Origin: Eledone cirrhosa
Lineage: Eukaryota
Reading direction: 5' to 3'
Length of the DNA stretch: 64,000 nucleotides
Assembly (NCBI GenBank): GCA_964016885.1
Contig: OZ024749.1
Span: 11,036,001-11,100,000, forward strand
The position numbers were made by a program, and so were the translations under genes. The notes under the pieces are model-generated. The model made no database searches. It had not been told where the DNA came from and saw nothing but the letters and a program-made list of their open reading frames with translations. Shown in pieces: positions 14,341 to 27,159 of the stretch. Each line of letters starts with the position of its first letter. Positions within the stretch are counted from its first letter, which is position 1.

Positions 14341-14566
14341 CTGCTCGATAATATATTCACAAGGGAGTGGTTATCATACAACGTCGGGCAGGTATACCAA
14401 ACGTGGTAGAGGTGGGGGCGGATCGGCGTGAAATGAGAAGGAAATAGGCTATACGCACAAATTTAAATATCAACATTCACATCACATATACATATCGATC
14501 AGTCACTGTGTATTTTTGAAAATAGCATATATTTTCACTAGCTCTGACAGTTGGCAGGTGAACAAT

Positions 14567-14616
14567 GAGCTGTACTGATGACGGGTGATACCCAGAAACA
14601 TTAGTGTCTGAAGTTC
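14567..14616 (+). ncRNA. Type I hammerhead ribozyme motif
   Basis: GAGCUGUA-CUGAUGA-C-GGGU gau ACCC-A-GAAA-CAU ua GUG-UC-UGAAGUUC. Core boxes intact, GUC cleavage triplet, helix I pairs 7 of 8 with wobbles. Confidence 0.7.
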
Positions 14617-14925
14617 TGTTCGCATGCCAACGCAAGAGCAAGAATGAAGTGTTCATTCTACTGCCATGGCTATAAAATTGAGGCTTGTTTGCAAAATTGC
14701 AAACAAATCGAATGTTATTATTAATATTCGAAAAACTCAGATTACATTCATGTATATATATATATACATATATATATACACACATATATATACACATACA
14801 CACATATGTACACATACACACGCATATGTGTATATATATACATATATATATACACACATACACATATATATATATACACACATATATATATACACATACA
14901 CACACATATGTACACATACACACGC

Positions 14926-14972
<47 letters not shown>

Positions 14973-15259
14973 CATATATACACACATATACACATACATG
15001 AACATATACGTACATACACACACATATACACACATACACACATATACACATTTATATATATACATATATACACATTTATCCAAATATATATATATATATC
15101 AACTAGAAATTGATTGACATATATATATATATTTTTAAAATAAACACATGAAACAATCACAGGGGATAATTTGTAAAGTGTGTAATCACACATAGCTAGG
15201 TAGGTAACTAATTAAAGTTTAACTAGAGCTTCAAATATTACCTTTTAAAAAATGATTAA

Positions 15260-15350
15260 TCCTCCTTGTATATATTTCATTAAAGAAATATATTTCACCA
15301 ATAATCCGTAAAGTCACAGTAGTTAAATCTTGGATCTTCAGCAAGGAGGA
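15260..15350 (-). ncRNA. Type I hammerhead ribozyme motif with long helix III
   Basis: Minus strand: UCCUCCUUG-CUGAAGA-UCCAA...UUGGU-GAAA-UAUAUUUC uuuaau GAAAUAUA-UA-CAAGGAGGA. Perfect 9-bp helix I, 9-bp helix III, AUA triplet. Confidence 0.8.
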
Positions 15351-15511
15351 AGAAACGGTGGATATGGCGCATGTCTCGGACATGACTCCCTTAATTTAAT
15401 TTAATTAAATTTATTTCGGATATATATATATATATATTTATTAAAATAACATTAAAGTTTAAGCAAAGAATCGCTGCTTATTATTATTACTATATATATA
15501 TAGTAATATAA

Positions 15512-15701
15512 GGGCGGTGGGTTGGCAGTATCGGTAGAGGGTCGGACGCCATGCTTTCCAGCATAGTTACGTCCCTTTACGATCTGAGTTCAAATCCCGC
15601 CGAGGTTAACTTTGCCTTTCATCCTTATGGGGTTGATAAAATAAAGTACCAGTAATGTACTGGGTAATTGCTGGCCTTGTGCCTAAAGTAGAAACAATTA
15701 T

Positions 15702-15705
<4 letters not shown>
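15512..15705 (+). mobile_element. tRNA-derived SINE with Meta-like core (representative)
   Basis: A box tggcagtatcggtag, B box gagttcaaatccc, core gcctttcatcct..ggggt(c/t)gataaaataaagtaccag, (TTA)n tail. Copies at 175-375(-), 9460-9650, 18595-18780, 19200-19362(-), 19776-20420 (x3), 29215-29980, 44995-45645(-). Confidence 0.85.
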
Positions 15706-15782
<77 letters not shown>

Positions 15783-16096
15783 TGCTTGCATAATTGCAAA
15801 CGAATCGAATGTTTGCCTTTCATCCTTACGGGGTCGATAAAATAAAGTACCAGTAATGCACTGGGTAATTGCTGGCCTTGTGCCAAAAGTAGAAACAATT
15901 ATTAATATTCGAAAAACTCAGATTACATTTATCGTATATATGTATATATATGTATAAGAAAGCAAGTGTAGGAAGGAACCAGGTGGACCATAACGCACCA
16001 GAGTACTCAATACTAAGTGTAGTAGAGTGGGTAATAGGAAACGAGTAGGGTCCCTGGCAGCTGAGCTCTGGATCATGTTATCCTTCACTCTTTTAC

Positions 16097-16146
<50 letters not shown>

Positions 16147-17424
16147 TTTCGTTGTTCAATTATGCTAAGCAGACTAAAGGGAAATTCTTTAAGTGGATGT
16201 GTTAAGATGGTGTGTTAAGGTATACAAAACGGCCGGGTCTTTATAATCACACACAGACACACATGCACACAGACACATGCACACACTCACATCCACAGAC
16301 ACATACACACAAACACCTACATGTGCGCATATACATACATACACATATAACAAAAATTTCTTATATATATATATACACACACATACACACACCCAAATAT
16401 ATATACACACACATATACATACATATATATATATACATATCCAAAATTTAAATTACGGGTGTCATGTCTGAAAGAGATGCGCCATATCCACTGTAGAATA
16501 GGCTCAAAGATCCAATGAATAGATCCAAGCATTTTATATCAACTAGAAATTGATTGACATATACAGATATATCTAAAATAAACATATGAAACAATCACAG
16601 GGGATAATCTGTAAAAGTGTGTAAGCACACAGCTAAGTAGGTAACTAATTGAAGTTTAACTAGAGCTTTAAATATCTTTTAAAATGATTAATTTTTGTAT
16701 ATATTTCATTAAAGAAATATATATATATGTCAATCAATTTCTAGTTGATATATATACATATATATATACACATAGTGGAGGCGCGTGGCTGAGTGGTTAG
16801 AGAATTGGATTCGCAATCATGAGGTTGTGAGTTCGATTCCCAGACCAGGCGATGCGTTATGTCCTTGGGCAGGACACTTTATTTCACGTTGCTCCTTCTA
16901 CCTGGAATTGCGACCGATAGATAGTATTAGCAATTAGAAAGACCAATGGAAACATCGTTTTCTCGGTCCGATTTGACAAAAAGTCAATCGACTGTCAAAT
17001 GATATACACATACACACATATATATATACATACAGATATCAAAAAAAAAAATGTTATATACACAGACACACACAATTGTTTCTGGTGAGGAATGTACCTC
17101 CCAATATAACTAAGTTGTCAGTGACCTCATTGTCAGAACTTGATTTACTTGGAAACAGAAGGCAACTTGGACAAGAAAGATCTGGAAGCTGAAAGAGCCC
17201 TAAACCAGTAACAGATTTAAACCGGCCTTATCTAGCCAAAATTTTCTCACCTCTTTCTCTTCAAACTGGCCCTAACTGGGAATTCATACAGATTTTTAGG
17301 TATTGTTCTCAACGTAAATAATATCAAAATCTCATAGATTCGATATTATGTGTGATATATGAAATAAAACTTTTACCACTAAAATACAATAGTATATATA
17401 GAGTAATGTAAAGAGCAAAGGGTT

Positions 17425-17615
17425 AAAGATATCTTACTCGACGCCCATGACAGTAAAGAAGAACAGATAGAGACATTCATTGTAGAAGAGCACTGGGAGT
17501 TCCTAAAAGATAACTTACTAAAAGCGACGGACAAGATTTGTGGTTGGAGTAAGACGACAGGGAGGAGGAAAGTGACTTGGTGGTGGAACAATATGGTAGA
17601 TGAGACAATTAAGGC
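17425..17615 (+). mobile_element. Internal RTE LINE fragment
   Basis: KDILLDAHDSKEEQIETFIVEEHWEFLK..WWWNN matches the linker in ORF 32093-33628. Confidence 0.75.
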
Positions 17616-18903
17616 TCACATTGTCTCACATTGCTCTTTATGATAGGACCGGAGACCCTCTGTGATGAAAAGTACCCCAAAAAATTCTGAGATACGACCT
17701 CATTGGAGGCCAGTTAAAGGTTCTTTAGTTGTGAGCTGTAAACCTCATTTTTAATTTCAATAGGGCACAAGACTTTAGCAACTGTTCTTCTCTTTCATTC
17801 ATAATGTTGCTTTCTTTATACTCAGCCAACATTTTATCACTTTTCTATGTAACATTATCACCACACAGATAATTTGTTGCTTTAAATTACTGAATGAATC
17901 AAATCCTTTTCATACAAAACTACTTCAAACCACCTCTTGCTCTATAATATGAAGCTATTGTTTATCATCATCGTCACCATAATTGAACATCTATTTTTCC
18001 ATGCTTGCATGGGTTAGACGATTTATCTAAAAACCTTCCATCATCTATGTAAGAACCTTTATTAAGTTATGTTCCAAATACTGCTGAAAAATTAGGAAGT
18101 TATTTATATTACTAAATCTCTCCAAATTATTGATGATTTGAAAATTATTTCATTAGAAATAGTGAAATGAAAGGGTTAATGGTTTGATATTTAAAAGAAT
18201 CAGCTAAGTTGATGTTATTTTCTGTTCCTCTGAGACAAGTGACATTCACCTGGTTGGTTGTTCTCCAAATTAGTGTCTGTCTTTTAATGAAACAGCTTAT
18301 GGTTTCTAACACAGTATTTCACAAGGAAATCTTAATCATTCAACTTTCCAATTTCTTTCATTTATAGCAGCATTTCTTTTCTGTGTCAGACATCTCTACC
18401 ATACCAATCTTCTACCATACCATCAGGTTATTGGCTTAAATTTGTTAACTAAACTAACCACTCCATCAATCAAGTAGATTCTTCTAATTATATGGCCCTC
18501 CCCAAATATAACAATATATAATTATATATATCTCTTAAAAACCCAAACATGTCATTTCTCTTTCTTCACTACATACAACCTGGTTAACTAAATATACTGG
18601 ATTAGCAGAATTGGTAGAGCATCTGATAAAATGCAAGAGCAATATTTGTTCCTGGGTCTTTATAGTCTGAGTTCAAATCCCGCCAAAATCAACTTTGCCT
18701 TTAATCCTTTCAGGAGTCTATAAAATAAAGCACCAGTCATGTACTGGGGTTGATTTTCCAACTTGGTTCTTACCCCAAATTTCCTGTCTCTCTCTCTCTC
18801 AGACACACACACATACACACTTTCTCACACGCATACGCACTCTCTCTCTCTCTGTCTCTCTCTTTCTCACACACACTCTCTCTCTCTGCCTCTCACACAC
18901 GCA

Positions 18904-18963
<60 letters not shown>

Positions 18964-20664
18964 ACAAACACTCTCTCTCTCTCTCACACACACACTCTCT
19001 CTCTCTCACACACACACTCTCTCTCTCTGTCTCTCTCTCTCTCTCACACACACACTCTCTCTCTCTCTCTCTCACACACACAACTTCCAATCAGTTCTCT
19101 TTTCTTTGAAAATCAATGAATGTTTTAATGTGTGAAATGATTCTCTTCTCTAATGATTTCATTTATTGGCCACAAGGGCTGACATAGAGGCACACGGCCA
19201 GCCGACTCCAGTGCATTACTGGTACTTTATTTTATCGACCCTGTAAGGATGAAAGGCAAAGTTAACCTCGGTGGGATTTGAACTCAGAACGTAAAGGGCT
19301 GTAACTCTATGCTGCAAAGCATGGCGTCCGATGCTCTATCGATACTGCCAATCCTGTGCCCTCTTAGTTACTCAACAAATAATCAAACTGAATTGAAAAT
19401 CAACTGGTGCATGTGTTTTTATTGATAACATGACCCTACCTCACAATTTCATATAAAGAAACTTCCAAAACAAATACAAAAGCGAAAATAAAGCTACACT
19501 AGCTTTAGTAGTAATGCCTGAAACTATTCATTTTAATCTATGACATGTCATATATTATTATATATGACATAGAATATATAATAATATATGACATGACATA
19601 TGATATGTCGTATATATTATTATATATATGACATATCATATGTCATGTCATATATAATAATATATGACACATCATATGACATGTCATATATATGACTCAT
19701 TATATGACTTGTCATACATATAAAACACCATTTGATTATCATAAAGAATATAGTCTACATTATTTAATATTAATTGGGGCGGTAGATCAGCAGTATCGGT
19801 AGAGAGTCGGACGCCATGCTTTCCAATAGAGTTACGTCCCTTTACGATCTGAGTTCAAATCCCGCCGAGGTTAACTTTGCCTTTCATCTTTACGGGGGTC
19901 GATAAAATAAAATACCAGTAATACACTGGGTAATAGCTGGCCTTGTGCCAAAAGTAGAAACAATTATTATCAAAGGGCGGTGGATTGGCAGTATCGGTAG
20001 AGGGTCGGACGCCATGCTTTGCAGCATAGAATTACGGCCCTTGCCATTCTGAGTTCAAATTCCGCCAGGTTTACTTTGCCTTTCATCCTTGGGGGGGGGG
20101 GGGTCGATGAAATAAAGTACCAGTAATACACTGGGTAATTGCTGGCCTTGTGCCAAAAGTAGAAACAATTATTATTATTATCATTAATAAATTAATTACT
20201 GTGGTGGTTTGGCAGTATCGGTAGAGCGGCAGACACCATGCTTTGCAGCATAGAGTTACAGCCCTTTACATTCTGAGTTCAAATACTGCTGAGGTTAGCT
20301 CTGCCTTTTATCCTTACGGGGTCAATAAAATAAAGTACCAGTAATACGCTAGCAACGATTTAATTGACTTTCCTCTCCCATAAATTGTTGGTATCGTGCC
20401 TGAATCGGAAACCATTATTAGTAACTAATCTATTGATTGGTTAGTTTAGTACCCGGTTGGTTGTATAATTGTTGTTCTTTTGTCACACTTGTGTCACCTC
20501 CTCAATAACTGTTCTTGCTCCTCTGTGTCTCCTCTTTCTTCTTATCTTGTTCTATTTACTCTATCTTCAGACAGGATAAAGTAATTAGAGATGGAAATTT
20601 TATGGATTTATTAGAATCAATCACAAACTATTACAGATCAATATAGCATTTTAAGTGATTTATT

Positions 20665-21190
20665 GTCATCATCACCACCATCATCATCATCATCATTATC
20701 ACCACCAAAACCATCACTATCATCACCATCACTATCACCATCTTCATTATCATCACCATCATCATCATCATCATTATCATCACTGCCAACATCATCACCA
20801 TCACCACTACCACCACCACCACCACAACCACCACCACTACCACCACCACCATCACCACCACAACCACCATCACCACCACAACCACCATCACCACCACTAT
20901 CACCACCACCACCACCACTACCACCACCACACCACCATCACCACCACTACCACCACCACCACCACTACTACCACCACCACAACCACCACTACCACCACCA
21001 CTACCACCACCACTACCACCACCACCACCACCACCATCACCACCACTACCACCACCACCACCACTACCACAACCACCACTACCACCACCACTACCACAAC
21101 CACCACCACCACCACCACCACCACCACCACCACCACCACCACTACCACCACCACTACCACCACCACCACCACCACAACCACCACCATAAC
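20665..21190. repeat. (CAT/CAC)n trinucleotide tract
   Basis: Direct reading. Confidence 0.92.
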
Positions 21191-21300
21191 TACTGCAATT
21201 ATATCTAACTAGTTAGAAATAATTGCAGTAGTTACTTCAAGTTACAATTCAAATGTTTGAACTATAATCACTTCTTAGTAATTAAATTTTAACCCCTCAG

Positions 21301-21335
<35 letters not shown>

Positions 21336-21340
21336 CTTTC

Positions 21341-21420
<80 letters not shown>

Positions 21421-21999
21421 TCTCTATATCTCCCCTTTCTCTCTATATATACATATCTTTCCTCTCTCTTCTCTCTTTCTCCCCTATTTTCATCACTTCC
21501 TCCTGCTCCCCCTGTCTTTCACTCTATCTCACACTCACACAGTCTGTCATTTCTCTAGTTGTGGAGTTATAATTACAAAAGATACTACAGACAACCTCAT
21601 TTCTGTAACTCTTCCAATAAATCACTTCTTAATATTTAACACTTTTATAACCAACCTGGTCAGAAGCAGCACCAGCTCTGTCAAATAGCTCTGCTTCTAT
21701 CAAAATATCTAGCACCAGTTCTATCAAATAGCTCTGCTTCTATCAAAATATCTAGCACCAGTTCTATCAAATAGCTCTGCTTCTATCAAAATATCTAGCA
21801 TCAAATTTAACCATTTTGATAGCAACCTGGCCAGAAACAGCTTTGGTTCTATCAAACAAAGACACCCAATTTAAAGGGTTCCTACTTAAATTAAAATCTT
21901 CCAACATAATTTTATATAAGAACTATATGTTAAGTTACTATCTTATTAATGAAATATATCATCATCATCATTTAATGTCTACTTTTCCATGATGGCATT

Positions 22000-22790
22000 C
22001 CACATATTACAATGAAGCTCTAGCTTGGAGTGGATTTCTAGATAAGGTAGAATACACTAAGTGCAAGCAAAAACCTAGGAAAAATAGATCTAGATGCATT
22101 ATGTGGTATAACCCACCATATAATATGGATGTGATCACACCAATAGAAAAAAAACCTTTCATATTTTAATTGTGAAGCATTATCCCTTAGCACATAAATA
22201 TCACAAAATTTTAAATTAAATATCCTATTCCACAACTCCCAACCTCGCACATAATATCACTGTATCTAATTTAGTGAAATTAACTAACCGTAGTAATATA
22301 AACAATCCAGAGGTTAGTTCTAGCTGTAATTGAAGGAATAGGGATCACTGCCCTCTAGCTGGGAAATGCCTATCTAGCAATATAGTTTACAAATGTAAGG
22401 TTGACATACCCACAACTAGTAAGGCTTACATAGGGCTAACTGCCAATAGATGTAAGCAGCGTCTCTACATGCACTCTCATTCATTTCAAAACCATTTAAA
22501 AAGGAATATTACTTCACTTTCAGCCTATATCTGGAGTTTAAAAGACAACATCCAATATAGGTTACATTAGGAGATCTTAGCTAAAGCTAGATCCTATAAC
22601 GGAAATAAAAGATAGTGTGATCTTTGCACTGCTGAAACCCAGGAAATCCTTTACATCCACAATCGAATCTTAAATAAAAACTCTGAGGCAATTTCGGCTT
22701 GGATGCATAAAATGTATTGTAATACAAAAACCTTACAAAAACCTTTTTGTAGTACAACCCAACAGTATATCCTAACTGATAGTATGGACA
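22000..22790 (+). mobile_element. Penelope-like retroelement, degenerate 3' coding fragment (RT thumb/linker + GIY-YIG endonuclease)
   Basis: Manual translation: YYNEALAWSGF..RKNRSRCIMWYNPPY.., SYSTTPN, CN*RNRDHCPLAGKCLSSNIVYKCKV..KAYIGLTANRCKQRLYMH, CDLCTAE..LNKNSE. Contains stops and frameshifts. Confidence 0.85.
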
Positions 22791-23007
22791 CTGTGGGGAT
22801 ATGTCATGTATACGTATGTTTGTGTATCATATGTGTATGTGTATATATATATGTATATATGTATATATATATATGTGTGTGTATGCATATGTGTATGTGT
22901 ATATATATATATATGTATATATGTATATATATGTGTATGTGTATATATGTGTGTGTGTGTATGCATATATGTGTATGTGTATATATATATATGTATATAT
23001 GTATATA

Positions 23008-23384
23008 TACGATATTAAATAAATGGAAACTATATTTATAAAACCATATTTATTTCATTATATATATTTCAGGGATATCATATTAACAATATGTTATGCC
23101 TTCTTCAGACAAAATACAATATAGACAGTTTTATAAATAAATAGATTTGACATACCTTTCAACATCGACTTGCATTTGAAAAGTTGATTTGGCAGACTGC
23201 CAAATCAACTTTTCAAATGCAAGTCGATGTTGAAAGGTATGTCAAATCTATTTATTTATAAAACTGTCTATATTGTATTTTGTCTGAAGAAGGCATAACA
23301 TATTGTTAATATGATATCCCTGAAATATATATAATGAAATAAATATGGTTTTATAAATATAGTTTCCATTTATTTAATATCGTA
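23008..23384. repeat. Perfect palindrome, 188-bp arms, 1-nt loop
   Basis: Centre ...ttggcag a ctgccaa... at 23196; arms read as exact reverse complements. Confidence 0.95.
23276..23341 (+). ncRNA. Minimal type I hammerhead ribozyme motif (mirror copy on - strand at 23051-23116)
   Basis: UAUUUUGU-CUGAAGA-AGG...CCU-GAAA-UAUAUAUA-AUGAAAUA. Helix I is 8 bp with two wobbles; helix III is short and self-complementary; AATAAA follows. Confidence 0.72.
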
Positions 23385-23822
23385 AATATACTCCAAATAC
23401 TTGTTGAGTGCTTTTATATCAGTTATAAATATTTACTCGTTGTAATCCAACAATTTAAATATAACTTTCCATGTATGTATATATATATATATGTGTGTGT
23501 ATGCATATATGTATGTGTATATATATATGTATATATGTATATATATATATATGTGTGTGTATGCATATATGTATGTGTATATATATATATATATATGTGT
23601 GTGTATGCATATATGTATGTGTATATATATGTATATATGTATATATATATGTGTGTGTGTATGCATATATGTATGTTTATATATATATATATATCTATAT
23701 ATATATATGTGTGTATGTATATATGTATGTGTATATATATATGTATATATGTATATATATATGTGTGTGTATGCATATATGTATGTGTATATATATATAT
23801 GTATATATGTATATATATATAT

Positions 23823-24642
23823 AAAGGGTTCTCACTAAAAATGAAAGGCAGGTTGTACGATGCCTGCATACGAACAGCAATGCTGCATGGCAGTGAGACC
23901 TGGGCATTGTGTGCAGAGGATATACGCAGACTAGAGAGGAACGAAGCTTGCATGCTCCGCTGGATGTGTAACAGTAATATACGTGAACGGCAAAGCATAA
24001 ACGAACTAAGGAAAAAATTAGAGATAAGAGGGATCAGATGTTGTTTACTCGAGAGAAGGCTACGTTGGTATGGACACGTGATGCGCATGAAAGTCGATAG
24101 CTGTATAACAAAGTGCAGGGCAATAAAGATAGACGGTAGTCACGGAATAGGCAGACCTAGAAAAACCTGGGACGAGCTGATAAACTCCGACATCACACAC
24201 TTACACCTCTCCAAGACAATGTCACTGGACCGAGACCTTTGGCGGTACTCAGTAACAGAGAAGACCCGCCTTACCTAAATATATAGTAAAACCTACTCCA
24301 GCCAGTAGGCATCTCTAACAAAATACACCCCGTTCTATGTAAAGTTATGTTGGTGCCGCGCCATCGAGGCCGAAACAAATGAGATCGTGTAGGTGTCACG
24401 ACAAAAAAACACACAGTCCACGCTGTAATGTGGCCGTGTAGGCAACACGGTAAAAACCTCCCAGACCCACACTGTAAATGTGGTTGGTGTTAGGAAGGGC
24501 ATCCAACTGTAGAAAACCTGCCAGACAGTCCGATGCGAGCAAGACAATCACTCTTGCCTCAAGTGGGACTACCCCCGTCCAAACCCATGCAAGCGTGGAA
24601 CACGGACGTTAAACGTTGATGATGATGATGATGATGATGATG
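23823..24642 (+). mobile_element. 5'-truncated RTE LINE with 3' UTR and (GAT)n tail
   Basis: KGRLYDACIRTAMLHGSETW...RLRWYGHVMR...GRPRKTW; ends ggacgttaaacgttgatgatgat. Confidence 0.88.
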
Positions 24643-24743
24643 ATATATATATGTGTGTGTGTATGCATATATGTATGTATATATATATATGTATAAATGT
24701 ATATATATATATATATGTGTGTGTGTATGCATATATGTATGTG

Positions 24744-24774
<31 letters not shown>

Positions 24775-24799
24775 GTGTGTGTATGCATATATGTATGTG

Positions 24800-24830
<31 letters not shown>

Positions 24831-24983
24831 GTGTGTGTGTGTATGCATATATGTATGTGTATATATATATATATATGTATATATGTATATATATATATAT
24901 GTGTGTGTGTATGCATATATGTATGTGTATATATATATATATGTATATATGTATATATATATGTGTGTGTGTATGCATATATG

Positions 24984-25042
<59 letters not shown>

Positions 25043-25469
25043 GTATATATATATATATATGTGTGTGTATGCATATATGTATGTGTATATATATATGTAA
25101 CAGTAAAGGGTAAAGACCCCCTTTGGTCACGAATGACCATAGGATTTGCACCCAGAAAGTTTCCCTCCGAGACAAGTCCAGGCAAGGTTGTCTGTGAAAG
25201 ACCAGCAGCTGGCCATGTATACCAGCCTCCCCTCTCCACGACACCAATGTTGTCCGAGGGAAAGGCAATGACCATTACAGCTTGGCACCAGTGACACCAC
25301 AACTCATTTCTACAGCTGAGTAAACTGGAGCAACGTGAAATAAAGTGTCTTGCTCAAGGACCCAACACATCACCTGGACAGAGAATTGAACTCACACCCT
25401 CACGACTCTAACCCCATCACTTTAACCACTAAGCCATGTGCTTTCACATGTATATATATATATATATAT

Positions 25470-25912
25470 ATCATCATCATCATTTTATGTCCGCTTTTCC
25501 CTGCTTGCAAGGGTGGGACGGGTCCTATTCAGCACAGCATCTCTCCACCCGTCACGGTCCTTTGTCATTTCCTCCGCGTGAGCCTCAGCGATCTGAGGTC
25601 TCCTCTCATCACCTCCGCCCATGTTTTCCGTGGTCCTCCTCTACTGCGTCTTCCTTCTACTGGGATTTCTTGACACTTCTTCACCCATCAGTCATCCTCC
25701 ATGCGCATCACATGTCCATACCATCGCAGTTTCCTCTCCCGCACACTACAACTTATCCCTCTTATACACAGTTTCTCTCTCAATACATCCATGCTCGGTC
25801 GTTCACGCACATTGACATTGCACATCCAACAGAGCATACTTGCCTCATTTCTCTCCAGCCGTCGCATATCCTCTGCAGTTGCTGCCCATGTCTCACTACC
25901 ATGCAGCATCAT
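25470..25912 (-). mobile_element. RTE LINE 3' fragment
   Basis: MLHGSETW...LRWYGHVMRMEDD; similar to 10900-11250. Confidence 0.85.
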
Positions 25913-26821
25913 ATATATATTTATCCTTATCGAGCCCTCTTTGGATTTTAGTCTTCAAATTTATTATTATTACTATATATATATATGTATATATAATTAG
26001 AAATAGAAGCTTTCACCATATTTTTTACTAAAGAAATGTTAGCCTGATAGTGGGGTTTAGAATATGTGTATTGACGCACATGGGAGTTGAACCCACATCT
26101 TTGGTTATCCAGACCACTTTGCTACCATTACACCAACACATCACCCATCTCCTTCCATTCAAATTAGAAGCTACATACTTACTTGACATATATATATATA
26201 TATATATAATCATCATCACCATCATCATTTAACGTCCACTTACCCTACTAGGAAGGGTTGGGCAGGTCTTCACAGACCAAGACTGTACTGATGTAGGGCC
26301 TCTGACCTCCACGACAGGCTGGGGGTTTGCATCTCACTTACATATGGTTCTGCGTTCTACCAAGTGCTTGTGGCACCAGCATGAGAGAAGTTGTCATTAA
26401 AGACAACCTCTTTAGTGCTGGTGACATAACTGGAAGGTCCATTCTTAACACCAACCATGTGTACTGGGGGTGTGTGTACACACACATATATTTACACATC
26501 ATCATTATCATCATCATTTAACTCTTTAATGTTCAAACCAGCCAAAACCGGCCAGAAATCTCTACCTCTTTCTGTTGAAACTGGCTATAACTGGTCACTC
26601 AAACTGATGTTAAGGTATTGTTCTCAAAATAAATACTTTCAAAATCTCATAGATTCGATATTATGTGAGATAATTATGCGAGGTAAAGCCTTTACCATGA
26701 AAATACAATAGTAAATCTAGAGTAATGTGAATGCTAAAGGGTTAACATCCATTTTTCCACGCTAGCATGGGTTAGGTGAATATACATATGTGGATTACAC
26801 ACATGCACACACACTCACACA

Positions 26822-26884
<63 letters not shown>

Positions 26885-26917
26885 AAGAAATTAAAAGATG
26901 GTTAAAAGAGTTCCATA

Positions 26918-26987
26918 TATTTTACTATGTGCATTTCGAATACAAAAACATCCTGGGACGAAAATTGTGTTCTCATCAGATAAAATA
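26918..26987 (-). ncRNA. Minimal type I hammerhead ribozyme motif
   Basis: Minus strand: UAUUUUAU-CUGAUGA-GAACACAA...UUGUAUUC-GAAA-UG ca CA-UA-GUAAAAUA. All three helices pair and the core is canonical. Confidence 0.82.
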
Positions 26988-27084
26988 AGGTAACATGATA
27001 TGAGGCATAATAGCACTTGTTTACAGGAAAGTGCTAAGTCTACATATGTATATGTATATATATATATATATAAGTCTACATATG

Positions 27085-27159
<75 letters not shown>

